Shown here piece by piece: positions 58,301 to 64,000 of a stretch of DNA of 64,000 nt; position 1 is the stretch's first letter; each line of letters begins with the position of its first letter. The position numbers were made by a program, and so were the translations under genes. The notes below the pieces were generated by a model. It was not told where the DNA came from. It searched no databases and worked only from the letters and a program-made list of their open reading frames with translations. Source of the DNA: Squalus acanthias (lineage: Eukaryota). The DNA is taken from NCBI GenBank assembly GCA_030390025.1, contig JASTWF010000157.1, forward strand, positions 744,001 to 808,000, written 5' to 3'.

Positions 58301-61300
58301 GTTACAGCCAATGGCAGCACACCAAGCTCTCATTCATAGAATTCACAGCGGCCATTGAACTGCTGTGAAAACTAGGAATACAACAAGCCCCCAAAAGAAG
58401 AGCTAAACCTCCATTAAATTAAAAAAAAAACCCATCACATAATTAAAATAAGTGTAATTAAATAAATTAACCTTTTTAAACAAAAAAATAAATTTTTGAA
58501 AATTTTTTAAATCTTTTAAAATGTTATAAAAATAAACTTACCTGTCTTTAAAGTCGCTACTAAAGATTTACCTGTAAAAAAAAATTCTAAATACTACTTA
58601 ATTATGTACTTACCTGGTTAAAAGAGTCTCCTGCGCTTCCTTTTTTCTTTTCCAGATTCTTCAATACTTACCTGCGTGCGCAAGCGATGAAGTGCACCGC
58701 GTGCGCGCAGCCTGTAGCGCGCACGCGGTGCACTGAGGACCCGCCCCCTTTTCGAAAGATCAATTGCCGGTTTTCAGTGCATGCGCAGTGCATGCTGAAA
58801 ACCGGCAATTGAAGTCTGGCTGCGTGAGTGTACACTGTGCGTACTCTCGCGCAGCCGGATCAATTTCTGGGCCATTATAGCAGATTTAAGAATGTTATAT
58901 GAGAGGATGAAACATTTAGCTGCTAATATCATCAGTAGTAATTTCCATGCCCAATGCCATTTCCTTGAGGTGTAACATTCTTAAATATTAACCATAGAGC
59001 CTTGTTCTTATTGCTTAAATGTCAATATATGAGACACAGTTGTCTACATCTGTAATTTCTGAATGAAGAATTGCGATTAGATGCCTAAATCCTCATTTCC
59101 ATTGTGTTTGCTTGCAGGGCAGGCTATCGTGAGTTCTGCAGGGAAATCAGGCTTCTGTAATTTCACACTATGTACTAAGAGTTGTGAAATTTTGAATTAT
59201 ACGGGAAAATGTGAAACCACCACAGCGCCCACCACTACGCCCAGCACATCCGAATCTACAACAGTAACAATGACTCCCACCTCCACAGCAACAACAACCT
59301 GCTCCTGCAATGTCGATGGACAAATAATGTCACCTGGTAAGTGTATCAGTTATAAACAATCTGATGCAATTAAAGTCACACAAGAAACTTGGGAGCAATA
59401 TCTAATATAAATCACAATTGACGACAATAATTGAATCAGTTCATTGAAGTGAAGCTCCAGCCCGTTCCATGACATAGTTTATATTAAGTGGATGTCTTTG
59501 TAAATCATTCAGTATAATTTCAGAGTATGAATTGTATTGAAACTAATGATCCCCACATTTTCCAGAGTGCTGTCTTCTGTATGTTTGGGAGCAGCGGAAA
59601 CTAGCCTGTTTTAAATCGTACACTTCCTGCTCTTCCCTCCTGTGAAGAAATCCTCCAGCATTTACTTTCACGTGCCAATAGCACAAAATGCTGAAGGTTC
59701 ACAGCTAAGTTTTGACCTCTGCTTTTTGCCCTGTGTCTCATTGAACATCAGGAAGATAATCTGCTGTTAATGGAGGGACATCGAGCAGCCTCCAATATAT
59801 AATGTTTGTGCCTGTACTTGGCAATTACAGTAAAAAAATTAGCACCCGTTCAAAATAGACTCTCTGAATTAGACAACTTTGCAACCACTGAGTATTTTCT
59901 GCCCTTTCATCTGCTTCATTCACTCGCAAATATCTGTGGTTTGTTGCGACATCCAACATCTCCATGTGTTCCTCTGGGCAGAAAAATGTTACTGGCTGTA
60001 GAAGGATGACAGCAGTTTCAGTCTCCCCCTGATTTTCTCTGTTTTGCTCATTTTTAGGTTTTGTTTTCATGGTCCCTCCGTACCTCACCCTTTTACCCAG
60101 TCTGTCAGTCACCTTCTGTGTTGTGTTGACATCTCACTTTTTCAAGCATTGTTTAAGAGGCAGATAAGTGTTGTTCTGGTGATTTTAATGGCAATCCACA
60201 GTATTGTGTGCAATTTGAAGAGGGCCCTTATCATCTCAGGTCAGATTAGAAACTTGCCTGGTGAGGACATCTGAGGGCTCACAACTCATATCATTGCTGA
60301 CAATACAAGCGGGCGAATACTTATTGACCTCTTCGGACATTGTTCTGTCTGCATTTCTAAAGCAAGCACAAACCCAATCAAACGAATTAACAGCAGCATT
60401 AAAATAGCAGATTTAAGAATGTTACATAAGATGATGAAACGTTTAGCTGCTAATATCGTCAGTAGTAATTTCCATGCCCAACGCCATTTCCTTGAGGTGT
60501 AACATTCTTAAATATTAACCATAGAGCCTTGTTCTTATTGCCTAAATGTCAATATATGAGACACAGTTGTCTACATCTATAATTTCTGAATGAAGAATTT
60601 CTATTAGATGCCTAATTCCTCATTTCCATTGCGTTTGCTTACAGGGCAGGCTATCGTGAGTTCTGTAGGGAAATCAGGCTTCTGTAATTTCACACTATGT
60701 ACTAAGAGTTGTGAAATTTTCAAGAATACGGGAAAATGTGAAACCACCACAGCGCCCACCACTACGCCCAGCACATCCGAATCTACAACAGTAACAATGA
60801 CTCCCACCTCCACAGCAACAACAACCTGCTTCTGCAATGTCAATGGACAAATAATTTCACCTGGTAAGTGTATCAGATATTAAAAGCCTCCAGTTATGTT
60901 CTCACCAATTTGGGTTCGGGATAAGCAGGTTTGTTAATGTATAAATAATAAATAGGAGAGTCAGAGCTTTGAAGTGCCCTCGCTAGTTTTCCACCTTTTG
61001 AAATCTGCCTCTTTTGAACATTTAACTCCTCAAGCCAAGACTGGTGCATCAACAAATTAACTTGTAATTAATGTGGATCTGTTTTCTGTTCATGGATTTT
61101 TTTATTGTTGTCGTTTTTATTTTTATCTCTTCTTTACATTCCACACCCCACCATCATCACTCACTCACCCAGGAAGGCAGTCTGTTTCGCTCCGCCCAGA
61201 CTTGTGTACTTATTTTCTGACATGCTGACATCTAGGATAGGTCCAAGAGTTGCCCCAATAACTGAACTGCCAATCTTCTCTCTCTTCTCACGTTGGAAAG

Positions 61301-61684
61301 AGAAGCAGTTCACAGACAGTACAGGTGAGATTTGCAACTTGCTCTGTGTGAAATTCTTGGCACAAACCTGCAATCAAAACTCCCATGATGCAACAAGTAA
61401 AATGCAATAATGACAGTGTACCCTTTAACTGAATAGTGAATTAATGTAACCAGTCAAAACTTGCCACTTATGATTTCCATTTGCATTTCTTTACAGGGCA
61501 GATAGTATACAATTCCACAGACAAAGCAGGCTGGTGTTTTTATGCATTATGTTCTAAGAACTGTAAAATTGTGAAGCATGTGGAGCCATGTGAAAGCACC
61601 ACATCATCTCTACCAACCACACAGACATCCAAACCAACAACAGCACCACCAGAAGGTTGCTCAGCCCTGCATCCTCCAAGAGCT
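1161..61684 (+). CDS. Partial multi-exon gene: gel-forming mucin of the MUC2/MUC5AC/MUC5B family (32 exons in the window; the gene extends beyond it)
   Basis: The exon 31/32 splice gives TCFCNVNGQIISPG|QIVYNSTDKAGWCFYALCSKNCKIVKHVEPCESTT...EGCSALHPPRA. From memory, this matches the cysteine spacing and motifs that precede the D4 assembly in MUC5AC/MUC5B/MUC2 (CxC...PG..IY...D.AG.C.YA.C...C, short PTS, then GC....PPR). All exons have canonical AG and GT splice sites. Orthology cannot be fixed from this window. Confidence 0.85.
1616..4551 (-). pseudogene. CR1 ORF2 (APE endonuclease plus reverse transcriptase) with a 1-bp frameshift near 2227
   Basis: NARSI, ITETW, GDFN, SDH, YLDFQKAFD, GVPQGSVLGP and FADD motifs. 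Restoring one G in ATG(G)TACATCAG joins the two ORF pieces as DLGVMVHQSLKVGRQVQ. Confidence 0.92.
4599..5543 (-). CDS. CR1 ORF1p: zinc finger, leucine zipper and SGNH esterase domain
   Basis: CSSC...CRKC, then the GDSIVR, HVGTND and DGLHL motifs; 314 aa, open. Confidence 0.9.
   Translation of the reverse strand: MAGNLGAVSCSSCAMWEIRDTSSVPDNYVCRKCVQLQLLTDRLATLELRMDSLWSIHDAENFVDYSFSELNTPRVKARSDSKWVTKRQGNIRKVVQESPAVVSLQNRYTVLDTVGGNDLPGEGTSSQVHGTMAGSAAQQGGKKSGRAIVIGDSIVRGIDRSFCGRNRDCWMVCCLPGARVKDVSERLQNILEREGEEPAVVVHVGTNDIGKKREEVLQAEFRELGAKLKSRTSKVVISGLLPVPRANQSSMNRIARLNTWLEQWCRREGFKYLRHWNQFWGKWDLYKRDGLHLGRTGTDVLGVIFAKAVREDLN
5761..5975 (-). repeat. GC/CpG-rich direct repeat in the CR1 5' UTR (about 70 bp repeated, 146-bp period); also at 49114-49328
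   Basis: ccttccccgctgccgaccgctctgtggaagaaagaaaggctcc...cgacgctggt starts at both 5761 and 5907. Confidence 0.85.
7164..7382 (+). CDS. Mucin repeat exon 2 (NYT, NVDG)
   Basis: cag|...|gtaagt, 219 bp, open frame. Confidence 0.9.
7840..7934 (+). mobile_element. 95-bp Penelope 3'-end fragment with a truncated hammerhead
   Basis: Matches the reverse complement of about 17875-17967; absent from short units; tcc is present on both sides. Confidence 0.85.
8807..9025 (+). CDS. Mucin repeat exon 3 (KYT, KCV)
   Basis: cag|...|gtaagt, 219 bp, open frame. Confidence 0.9.
10355..10573 (+). CDS. Mucin repeat exon 4 (NYT)
   Basis: cag|...|gtaagt, 219 bp, open frame. Confidence 0.9.
11031..11125 (+). mobile_element. 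95-bp Penelope 3'-end fragment (stem II mutated)
   Basis: gaaaggacttcgacatgaaacgtt... Confidence 0.85.
11999..12217 (+). CDS. Mucin repeat exon 5 (KYT, KCV)
   Basis: cag|...|gtaagt, 219 bp, open frame. Confidence 0.9.
13548..13766 (+). CDS. Mucin repeat exon 6 (NYT, TLP/ITP; A-like type)
   Basis: cag|...|gtaagt, 219 bp, open frame. Confidence 0.9.
14224..14318 (+). mobile_element. 95-bp Penelope 3'-end fragment
   Basis: Same insert at the same intron site. Confidence 0.85.
15192..15410 (+). CDS. Mucin repeat exon 7 (KYT; type B)
   Basis: cag|...|gtaagt, 219 bp, open frame. Confidence 0.9.
16742..16960 (+). CDS. Mucin repeat exon 8 (NYTGNCV; type C)
   Basis: cag|...|gtaagt, 219 bp, open frame. 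Confidence 0.9.
17940..17976 (-). ncRNA. Minimal type I hammerhead ribozyme in the Penelope 3' region
   Basis: The minus strand reads AGUU CUGAUGA A AGGUC AUC GACCU GAAAC GUC AACU. This gives a 4-bp stem I, the conserved core, a 5-bp stem II, a palindromic ACGU in place of stem III and a GUC cleavage triplet. Confidence 0.8.
18254..20183 (-). CDS. Penelope RT plus GIY-YIG endonuclease ORF (5'-truncated, no internal stops)
   Basis: KPADKG, LPKIHK, RPIVS, MDVQSLYT, GVAMG and RYIDD motifs; Cys linker CTRRRCNTC; NLVYCIRC..C.LLYIGET, RFAEH and GLN. Confidence 0.9.
20609..20827 (+). CDS. Mucin repeat exon 9 (NYT, TVP/ITP; type A)
   Basis: cag|...|gtaagt, 219 bp, open frame. Confidence 0.9.
21285..21379 (+). 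mobile_element. 95-bp Penelope 3'-end fragment
   Basis: Same insert at the same intron site. Confidence 0.85.
22253..22471 (+). CDS. Mucin repeat exon 10 (type B)
   Basis: cag|...|gtaagt, 219 bp, open frame. Confidence 0.9.
23802..24020 (+). CDS. Mucin repeat exon 11 (type C)
   Basis: cag|...|gtaagt, 219 bp, open frame. Confidence 0.9.
25352..25570 (+). CDS. Mucin repeat exon 12 (NYT; type D)
   Basis: cag|...|gtaagt, 219 bp, open frame. Confidence 0.9.
26028..26121 (+). mobile_element. Penelope 3'-end fragment (about 94 bp)
   Basis: Same insert with a slightly altered 3' end. Confidence 0.85.
26996..27214 (+). CDS. Mucin repeat exon 13 (KYT, KCV, TTMP; type E)
   Basis: cag|...|gtaagt, 219 bp, open frame. 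Confidence 0.9.
28544..28762 (+). CDS. Mucin repeat exon 14 (type A)
   Basis: cag|...|gtaagt, 219 bp, open frame. Confidence 0.9.
29220..29314 (+). mobile_element. 95-bp Penelope 3'-end fragment
   Basis: Same insert at the same intron site. Confidence 0.85.
30188..30406 (+). CDS. Mucin repeat exon 15 (type B)
   Basis: cag|...|gtaagt, 219 bp, open frame. Confidence 0.9.
31737..31955 (+). CDS. Mucin repeat exon 16 (type C)
   Basis: cag|...|gtaagt, 219 bp, open frame. Confidence 0.9.
33288..33506 (+). CDS. Mucin repeat exon 17 (type D)
   Basis: cag|...|gtaagt, 219 bp, open frame. Confidence 0.9.
33964..34058 (+). mobile_element. 95-bp Penelope 3'-end fragment
   Basis: Same insert at the same intron site. 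Confidence 0.85.
34933..35151 (+). CDS. Mucin repeat exon 18 (type E)
   Basis: cag|...|gtaagt, 219 bp, open frame. Confidence 0.9.
36482..36700 (+). CDS. Mucin repeat exon 19 (type A)
   Basis: cag|...|gtaagt, 219 bp, open frame. Confidence 0.9.
37158..37252 (+). mobile_element. 95-bp Penelope 3'-end fragment
   Basis: Same insert at the same intron site. Confidence 0.85.
38126..38344 (+). CDS. Mucin repeat exon 20 (type B)
   Basis: cag|...|gtaagt, 219 bp, open frame. Confidence 0.9.
39675..39893 (+). CDS. Mucin repeat exon 21 (type C)
   Basis: cag|...|gtaagt, 219 bp, open frame. Confidence 0.9.
41226..41444 (+). CDS. Mucin repeat exon 22 (KYT, IMTP; weakened acceptor)
   Basis: tttaataacag|...|gtaagt, 219 bp, open frame. 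Confidence 0.85.
41902..41996 (+). mobile_element. 95-bp Penelope 3'-end fragment (GAAA changed to GTAA)
   Basis: Same insert at the same intron site. Confidence 0.85.
42871..43089 (+). CDS. Mucin repeat exon 23 (KYTGNCV)
   Basis: cag|...|gtaagt, 219 bp, open frame. Confidence 0.9.
43546..43640 (+). mobile_element. 95-bp Penelope 3'-end fragment
   Basis: Same insert at the same intron site. Confidence 0.85.
44514..44732 (+). CDS. Mucin repeat exon 24 (same type as exon 1)
   Basis: cag|...|gtaagt, 219 bp; shares the tgtacc and gtcgat variants with exon 1. Confidence 0.9.
44969..47904 (-). pseudogene. CR1 ORF2, copy 2; frameshift near 45580 and endonuclease GDFN changed to GEFN
   Basis: Same motifs and same 1-bp deletion as copy 1. 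Confidence 0.92.
47952..48896 (-). CDS. CR1 ORF1p, copy 2
   Basis: 314 aa; differs from copy 1 at PDNY/PNNY. Confidence 0.9.
   Translation of the reverse strand: MAGNLGAVSCSSCAMWEIRDTSSVPNNYVCRKCVQLQLLTDRLATLELRMDSLWSIHDAENFVDYSFSELNTPRVKARSDSKWVTKRQGNIRKVVQESPAVVSLQNRYTVLDTVGGNDLPGEGTSSQVHGTMAGSAAQQGGKKSGRAIVIGDSIVRGIDRSFCGRNRDCWMVCCLPGARVKDVSERLQNILEREGEEPAVVVHVGTNDIGKKREEVLQAEFRELGAKLKSRTSKVVISGLLPVPRANQSSMNRIARLNTWLEQWCRREGFKYLRHWNQFWGKWDLYKRDGLHLGRTGTDVLGVIFAKAVREDLN
50518..50736 (+). CDS. Mucin repeat exon 25 (DILKYT)
   Basis: cag|...|gtaagt, 219 bp, open frame. Confidence 0.9.
52066..52284 (+). CDS. Mucin repeat exon 26 (KYT)
   Basis: cag|...|gtaagt, 219 bp, open frame. Confidence 0.9.
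53614..53832 (+). CDS. Mucin repeat exon 27 (NYT, TVP)
   Basis: gcttgcag|...|gtaagt, 219 bp, open frame. Confidence 0.9.
54289..54383 (+). mobile_element. 95-bp Penelope 3'-end fragment
   Basis: Same insert; ends ctgttgttattt like the large Penelope copy. Confidence 0.85.
55259..55477 (+). CDS. Mucin repeat exon 28 (NYT, KCV)
   Basis: cag|...|gtaagt, 219 bp, open frame. Confidence 0.9.
56810..57028 (+). CDS. Mucin repeat exon 29 (NYT)
   Basis: cag|...|gtaagt, 219 bp, open frame. Confidence 0.9.
58115..58876. mobile_element. Non-autonomous DNA transposon (MITE-like); superfamily uncertain, possibly PIF/Harbinger
   Basis: Terminal inverted repeats ATGGCCCAGAAATTG (58118-58132) and CAATTTCTGGGCCAT (58861-58875). 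GC-rich hairpin arms flank an AT-rich core, there is no transposase ORF, and it is absent from all other units. Confidence 0.8.
59118..59336 (+). CDS. Mucin repeat exon 30 (NYT, NVDG)
   Basis: gcttgcag|...|gtaagt, 219 bp, open frame. Confidence 0.9.
60645..60863 (+). CDS. Mucin repeat exon 31 (terminal, most divergent: SSVG, IFKNT, CFC, IISP)
   Basis: cag|...|gtaagt, 219 bp, open frame. Confidence 0.9.
61497..61684 (+). CDS. Unique mucin exon 32 (phase 1 to 0): second half of the Cys module, short PTS, GCSALHPPRA
   Basis: ttgcatttctttacag|GGCAGATAG...CCAAGAGCT|gtgagt; 188 bp; peptide QIVYNSTDKAGWCFYALCSKNCKIVKHVEPC... Confidence 0.88.
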
Positions 61685-61892
61685 GTGAGTAATGGTCATG
61701 ACAGTCATAATGGCCTCTCTATAATCTACATCCATCATGCCTTAGCAAATTTTTGTGAAAAAAATTAAGGGAAAATTGGATAGATATTTGAGTCAGTGGG
61801 TGATTGAGGAGTATTAGTTTTTCGGAGTGGCTAAATGTACTATAGGGCCTTTGCTAGTTCTGTACTTTCTGTTATCCCATTGGTATTTCTAT

Positions 61893-62135
61893 TGCTTCTG
61901 AAACTGTTCTGCACCCTTATCTACACCTTCATCGCCTTAATAATCAATTTCTAAAATATTTTCGTCACCTGTCACTCATCGCTTCCACCTTTCATAAATT
62001 TCAGCTAATCCAGATCTCAGTGGGCCGAAGTCAATCCTCTCCCACACAATTTTCACACACCCATCAGCATTGTCCTAACCAGCTCCACTACTCCATCTTC
62101 CCCAGCAGCTCATTTTGAATATCATCATCCTTATC
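61893..62135 (+). mobile_element. Old, degenerate L2-like LINE ORF2 C-terminal fragment
   Basis: By-eye resemblance to the L2 C-terminal coding region (cttatctacaccttcatc..., cataaatttcagctaatccag = HKFQLIQ, cacccatca..., tttgaatatcatcatcctt); heavily decayed. Confidence 0.45.
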
Positions 62136-62263
62136 ATCGCAAGAAATATGCAGATCAGGAAAATCAGCCAGCCATTCAAGCTTTCCCACCCAGAAAAAGA
62201 AGTGTAGACTTTTCAACACGACATTCTATATTTAGAATCGGATGTGTTTTCCCACCATTACAG

Positions 62264-62465
62264 CAACAACAACTTGCATTTATATAGCAATTTAACGCAG
62301 TAAAATACCCCAAGGCACTTCACAGGAGCGTAATTAGACAAAAATTGATAACAAGCCAGAAGGGGACATTGGGACAGGTGACCAAAAGTTGGTGAAAGAC
62401 ACATGTCTTAAGGAGCATCTTAAAGGAGGAGAAAGACGTGGTGAAAATTAGGGAGGGAATTCCAG
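62264..62465 (-). mobile_element. L2-like LINE 3'-end fragment
   Basis: (GTT)n tail seen as caacaacaac, followed by ttgcatttatatagc...aaggcacttcaca. The minus strand ctggaattccctcc encodes WNSLP, the LINE ORF2 C-terminal motif. Confidence 0.6.
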
Positions 62466-63880
62466 TGTCAGTTCAAAGTGAAAGAGTACAGGAGAGTGCC
62501 AGTTCAAACTGTTCACAGGACCAGAGAGTGCCAGTTCAAAGTGAAAGAGTACAAGAGAGTGCCAGTTCAAACTGTTCACAGGACCAGAGAGTGCCAGTTC
62601 AAACTGTTCACAGGACTGGAGAGTGTCAGTTCAAACTGTTCACAGGACCAGAGAGTGCCAGTTCAAAGTGAAAGAGTACAAGAGAGTGCCAGTTCAAACT
62701 GTTCACAGGACTGGAGAGTGTCAGTTCAAACTGTTCACAGGACTGGAGAGTGCCAGTTCAAACTGTTCACAAGACCAGAGAGTGCCAGTTCAAACTGTTC
62801 ACAGGACTGGAGAGTGCCAGTTCAAACTGTTCACAGGACTGGAGAGTGCCAGTTCAAAGTGAAAGAGTACAAGAGAGTGCCAGTTCAAACTGTTCACAGG
62901 ACCAGAGAGTGCCAGTTCAAACTGTTCACAGGACTGGAGAGTGCCAGTTCAAACTGTTCACAGGACTGGAGAGTGCCAGTTCAAACTGTTCACAGGACTG
63001 GAGAGTACCAGTTCAAACTGTTCACAGGACCAGAGAGTGCCAGTTCAAACTGTTCACAGGACTGGAGAGTGCCAGTTCAAACTGTTCACAGGACTGGAGA
63101 GTGTCAGTTCAAACTGTTCACAGGACTGGAGAGTGCCAGTTCAAACTGTTCACAGGACTGGAGAGTGTCAGTTCAAACTGTTCACAGGACTGGAGAGTGC
63201 CAGTTCAAACTGTTCACAGGACCAGAGAGTGCCAGTTCAAACTGTTCACAGGACCAGAGAGTGCCAGTTCAAACTGTACACAGGACTGGAGAGTGCCAGT
63301 TCAAACTGTTCACAGGACCAGAGAGTGCCAGTTCAAACTGTTCACAGGACCAGAGAGTGCCAGTTCAAACTGTTCACAAGACCAGAGAGTGCCAGTTCAA
63401 ACTGTTCACAGGACTGGAGAGTGCCAGTTCAAACTGTTCACAAGACCAGAGAGTGCCAGTTCAAACTGTTCACAGGACTGGAGAGTGCCAGTTCAAACTG
63501 TTCACAGGACCAGAGAGTGTCAGTTCAAACTGTTCACAGGACCAGAGAGTGTCAGTTCAAACTGTTCACAGGACCAGAGAGTGCCAGTTCAAACTGTTCA
63601 CAGGACTGGAGCGTGCCAGTTCAAACTGTTCACAGGACTGGAGAGTGCCAGTTCAAACTGTTCACAGGACTGGAGAGTGCCAGTTCAAACTGTTCACAGG
63701 ACCAGAGAGTGCCAGTTCAAACTGTTCACAGGACTGGAGAGTGCCAGTTCAAACTGTACACAGGACTGGAGAGTGCCAGTTCAAACTGTTCACAGGACCA
63801 GAGAGTGCCAGTTCAAACTGTTCACAGGACCAGAGAGTGCCAGTTCAAACTGTACACAGGACTGGAGAGTGCCAGTTCAA
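62464..63880. repeat. 32-bp minisatellite, about 44 copies, with a few 31-bp variant units
   Basis: Unit gagagtgccagttcaaactgttcacaggac(tg/ca); variant gagagtgccagttcaaagtgaaagagtacaa; degenerate units continue to about 63935. Confidence 0.95.
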
Positions 63881-64000
63881 AGAGAAAGGTGACAAGAGAG
63901 TGCTAGTTCCAACTATCACTGGACAGGAGAGTGCCAATATTCCCAGATTATCTTGGCATGCAAAGATAACTCCTGCTTCTCTTCTCCACTACAACCATCT

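Larger units (their letters stand above)
1..60882 (+). repeat. Tandem array of exon-plus-intron units (about 1549 bp, or about 1644 bp with the 95-bp insert); 31 exon copies
   Basis: Exon spacing is 1548-1551 or 1643-1645 bp except where large insertions or one 22-bp deletion intervene. Introns are near-identical between copies. Similarity ends about 20 nt after the last donor site, and the array runs off the left edge. Confidence 0.97.

Noticed and set aside
232-60274. Recurrent short ORFs such as MTDRLGKRV..., MFLYLAIPA..., MLIF... and MRTSEG...
   Set aside because: They lie in the repeated intron, gain and lose stops and frameshifts between copies, and show no recognisable motifs. They recur only because the DNA is repeated.
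61740-61875. Possible decayed CR1 3' end on the + strand
   Set aside because: The resemblance (aaattggatagatatttg...) is too weak to support without a repeat-library search.
62464-63880. CRISPR array, or nuclear-receptor DR3 array (AGTTCA aac TGTTCA)
   Set aside because: There are no unique spacers and the context is eukaryotic. The second half-site departs from the RGKTCA consensus, and the match is short enough to arise by chance.
62438-63906. Long repetitive ORFs of 380 and 321 aa
   Set aside because: Products of a stop-free 32-bp minisatellite. The same 32-aa cycle appears in all three frames, and there is no clear exon structure.

Overview
Eukaryotic, vertebrate DNA; the repeat families suggest a cartilaginous fish, which is an inference. 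Positions 1 to about 60880 are the interior of a + strand gel-forming mucin gene of the MUC2/MUC5AC/MUC5B family. It is built from a tandem exon-plus-intron unit of about 1.55 or 1.64 kb. Thirty-one near-identical, intact 219-bp phase-1/1 exons are followed by one divergent unique exon (61497-61684) that leads into the mucin C-terminal region. Once spliced, the exons give alternating 44-aa six-cysteine modules and 29-aa Thr/Ser/Pro linkers. This module is single-copy before the D4 assembly in mammalian MUC2/5AC/5B, and it is not CysD. The units are arranged in 2-, 3- and 5-mer higher-order repeats. The introns hold two copies of one antisense CR1 LINE insertion with a shared frameshift, and one young antisense Penelope-like element with an 11-bp TSD and an intact minimal hammerhead ribozyme. 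They also hold eleven sense-strand 95-bp Penelope 3'-end fragments cut through the ribozyme core and one hairpin-rich MITE-like insertion. The window ends with LINE fragments and a 32-bp minisatellite. Most other short ORFs in the track are intronic noise.
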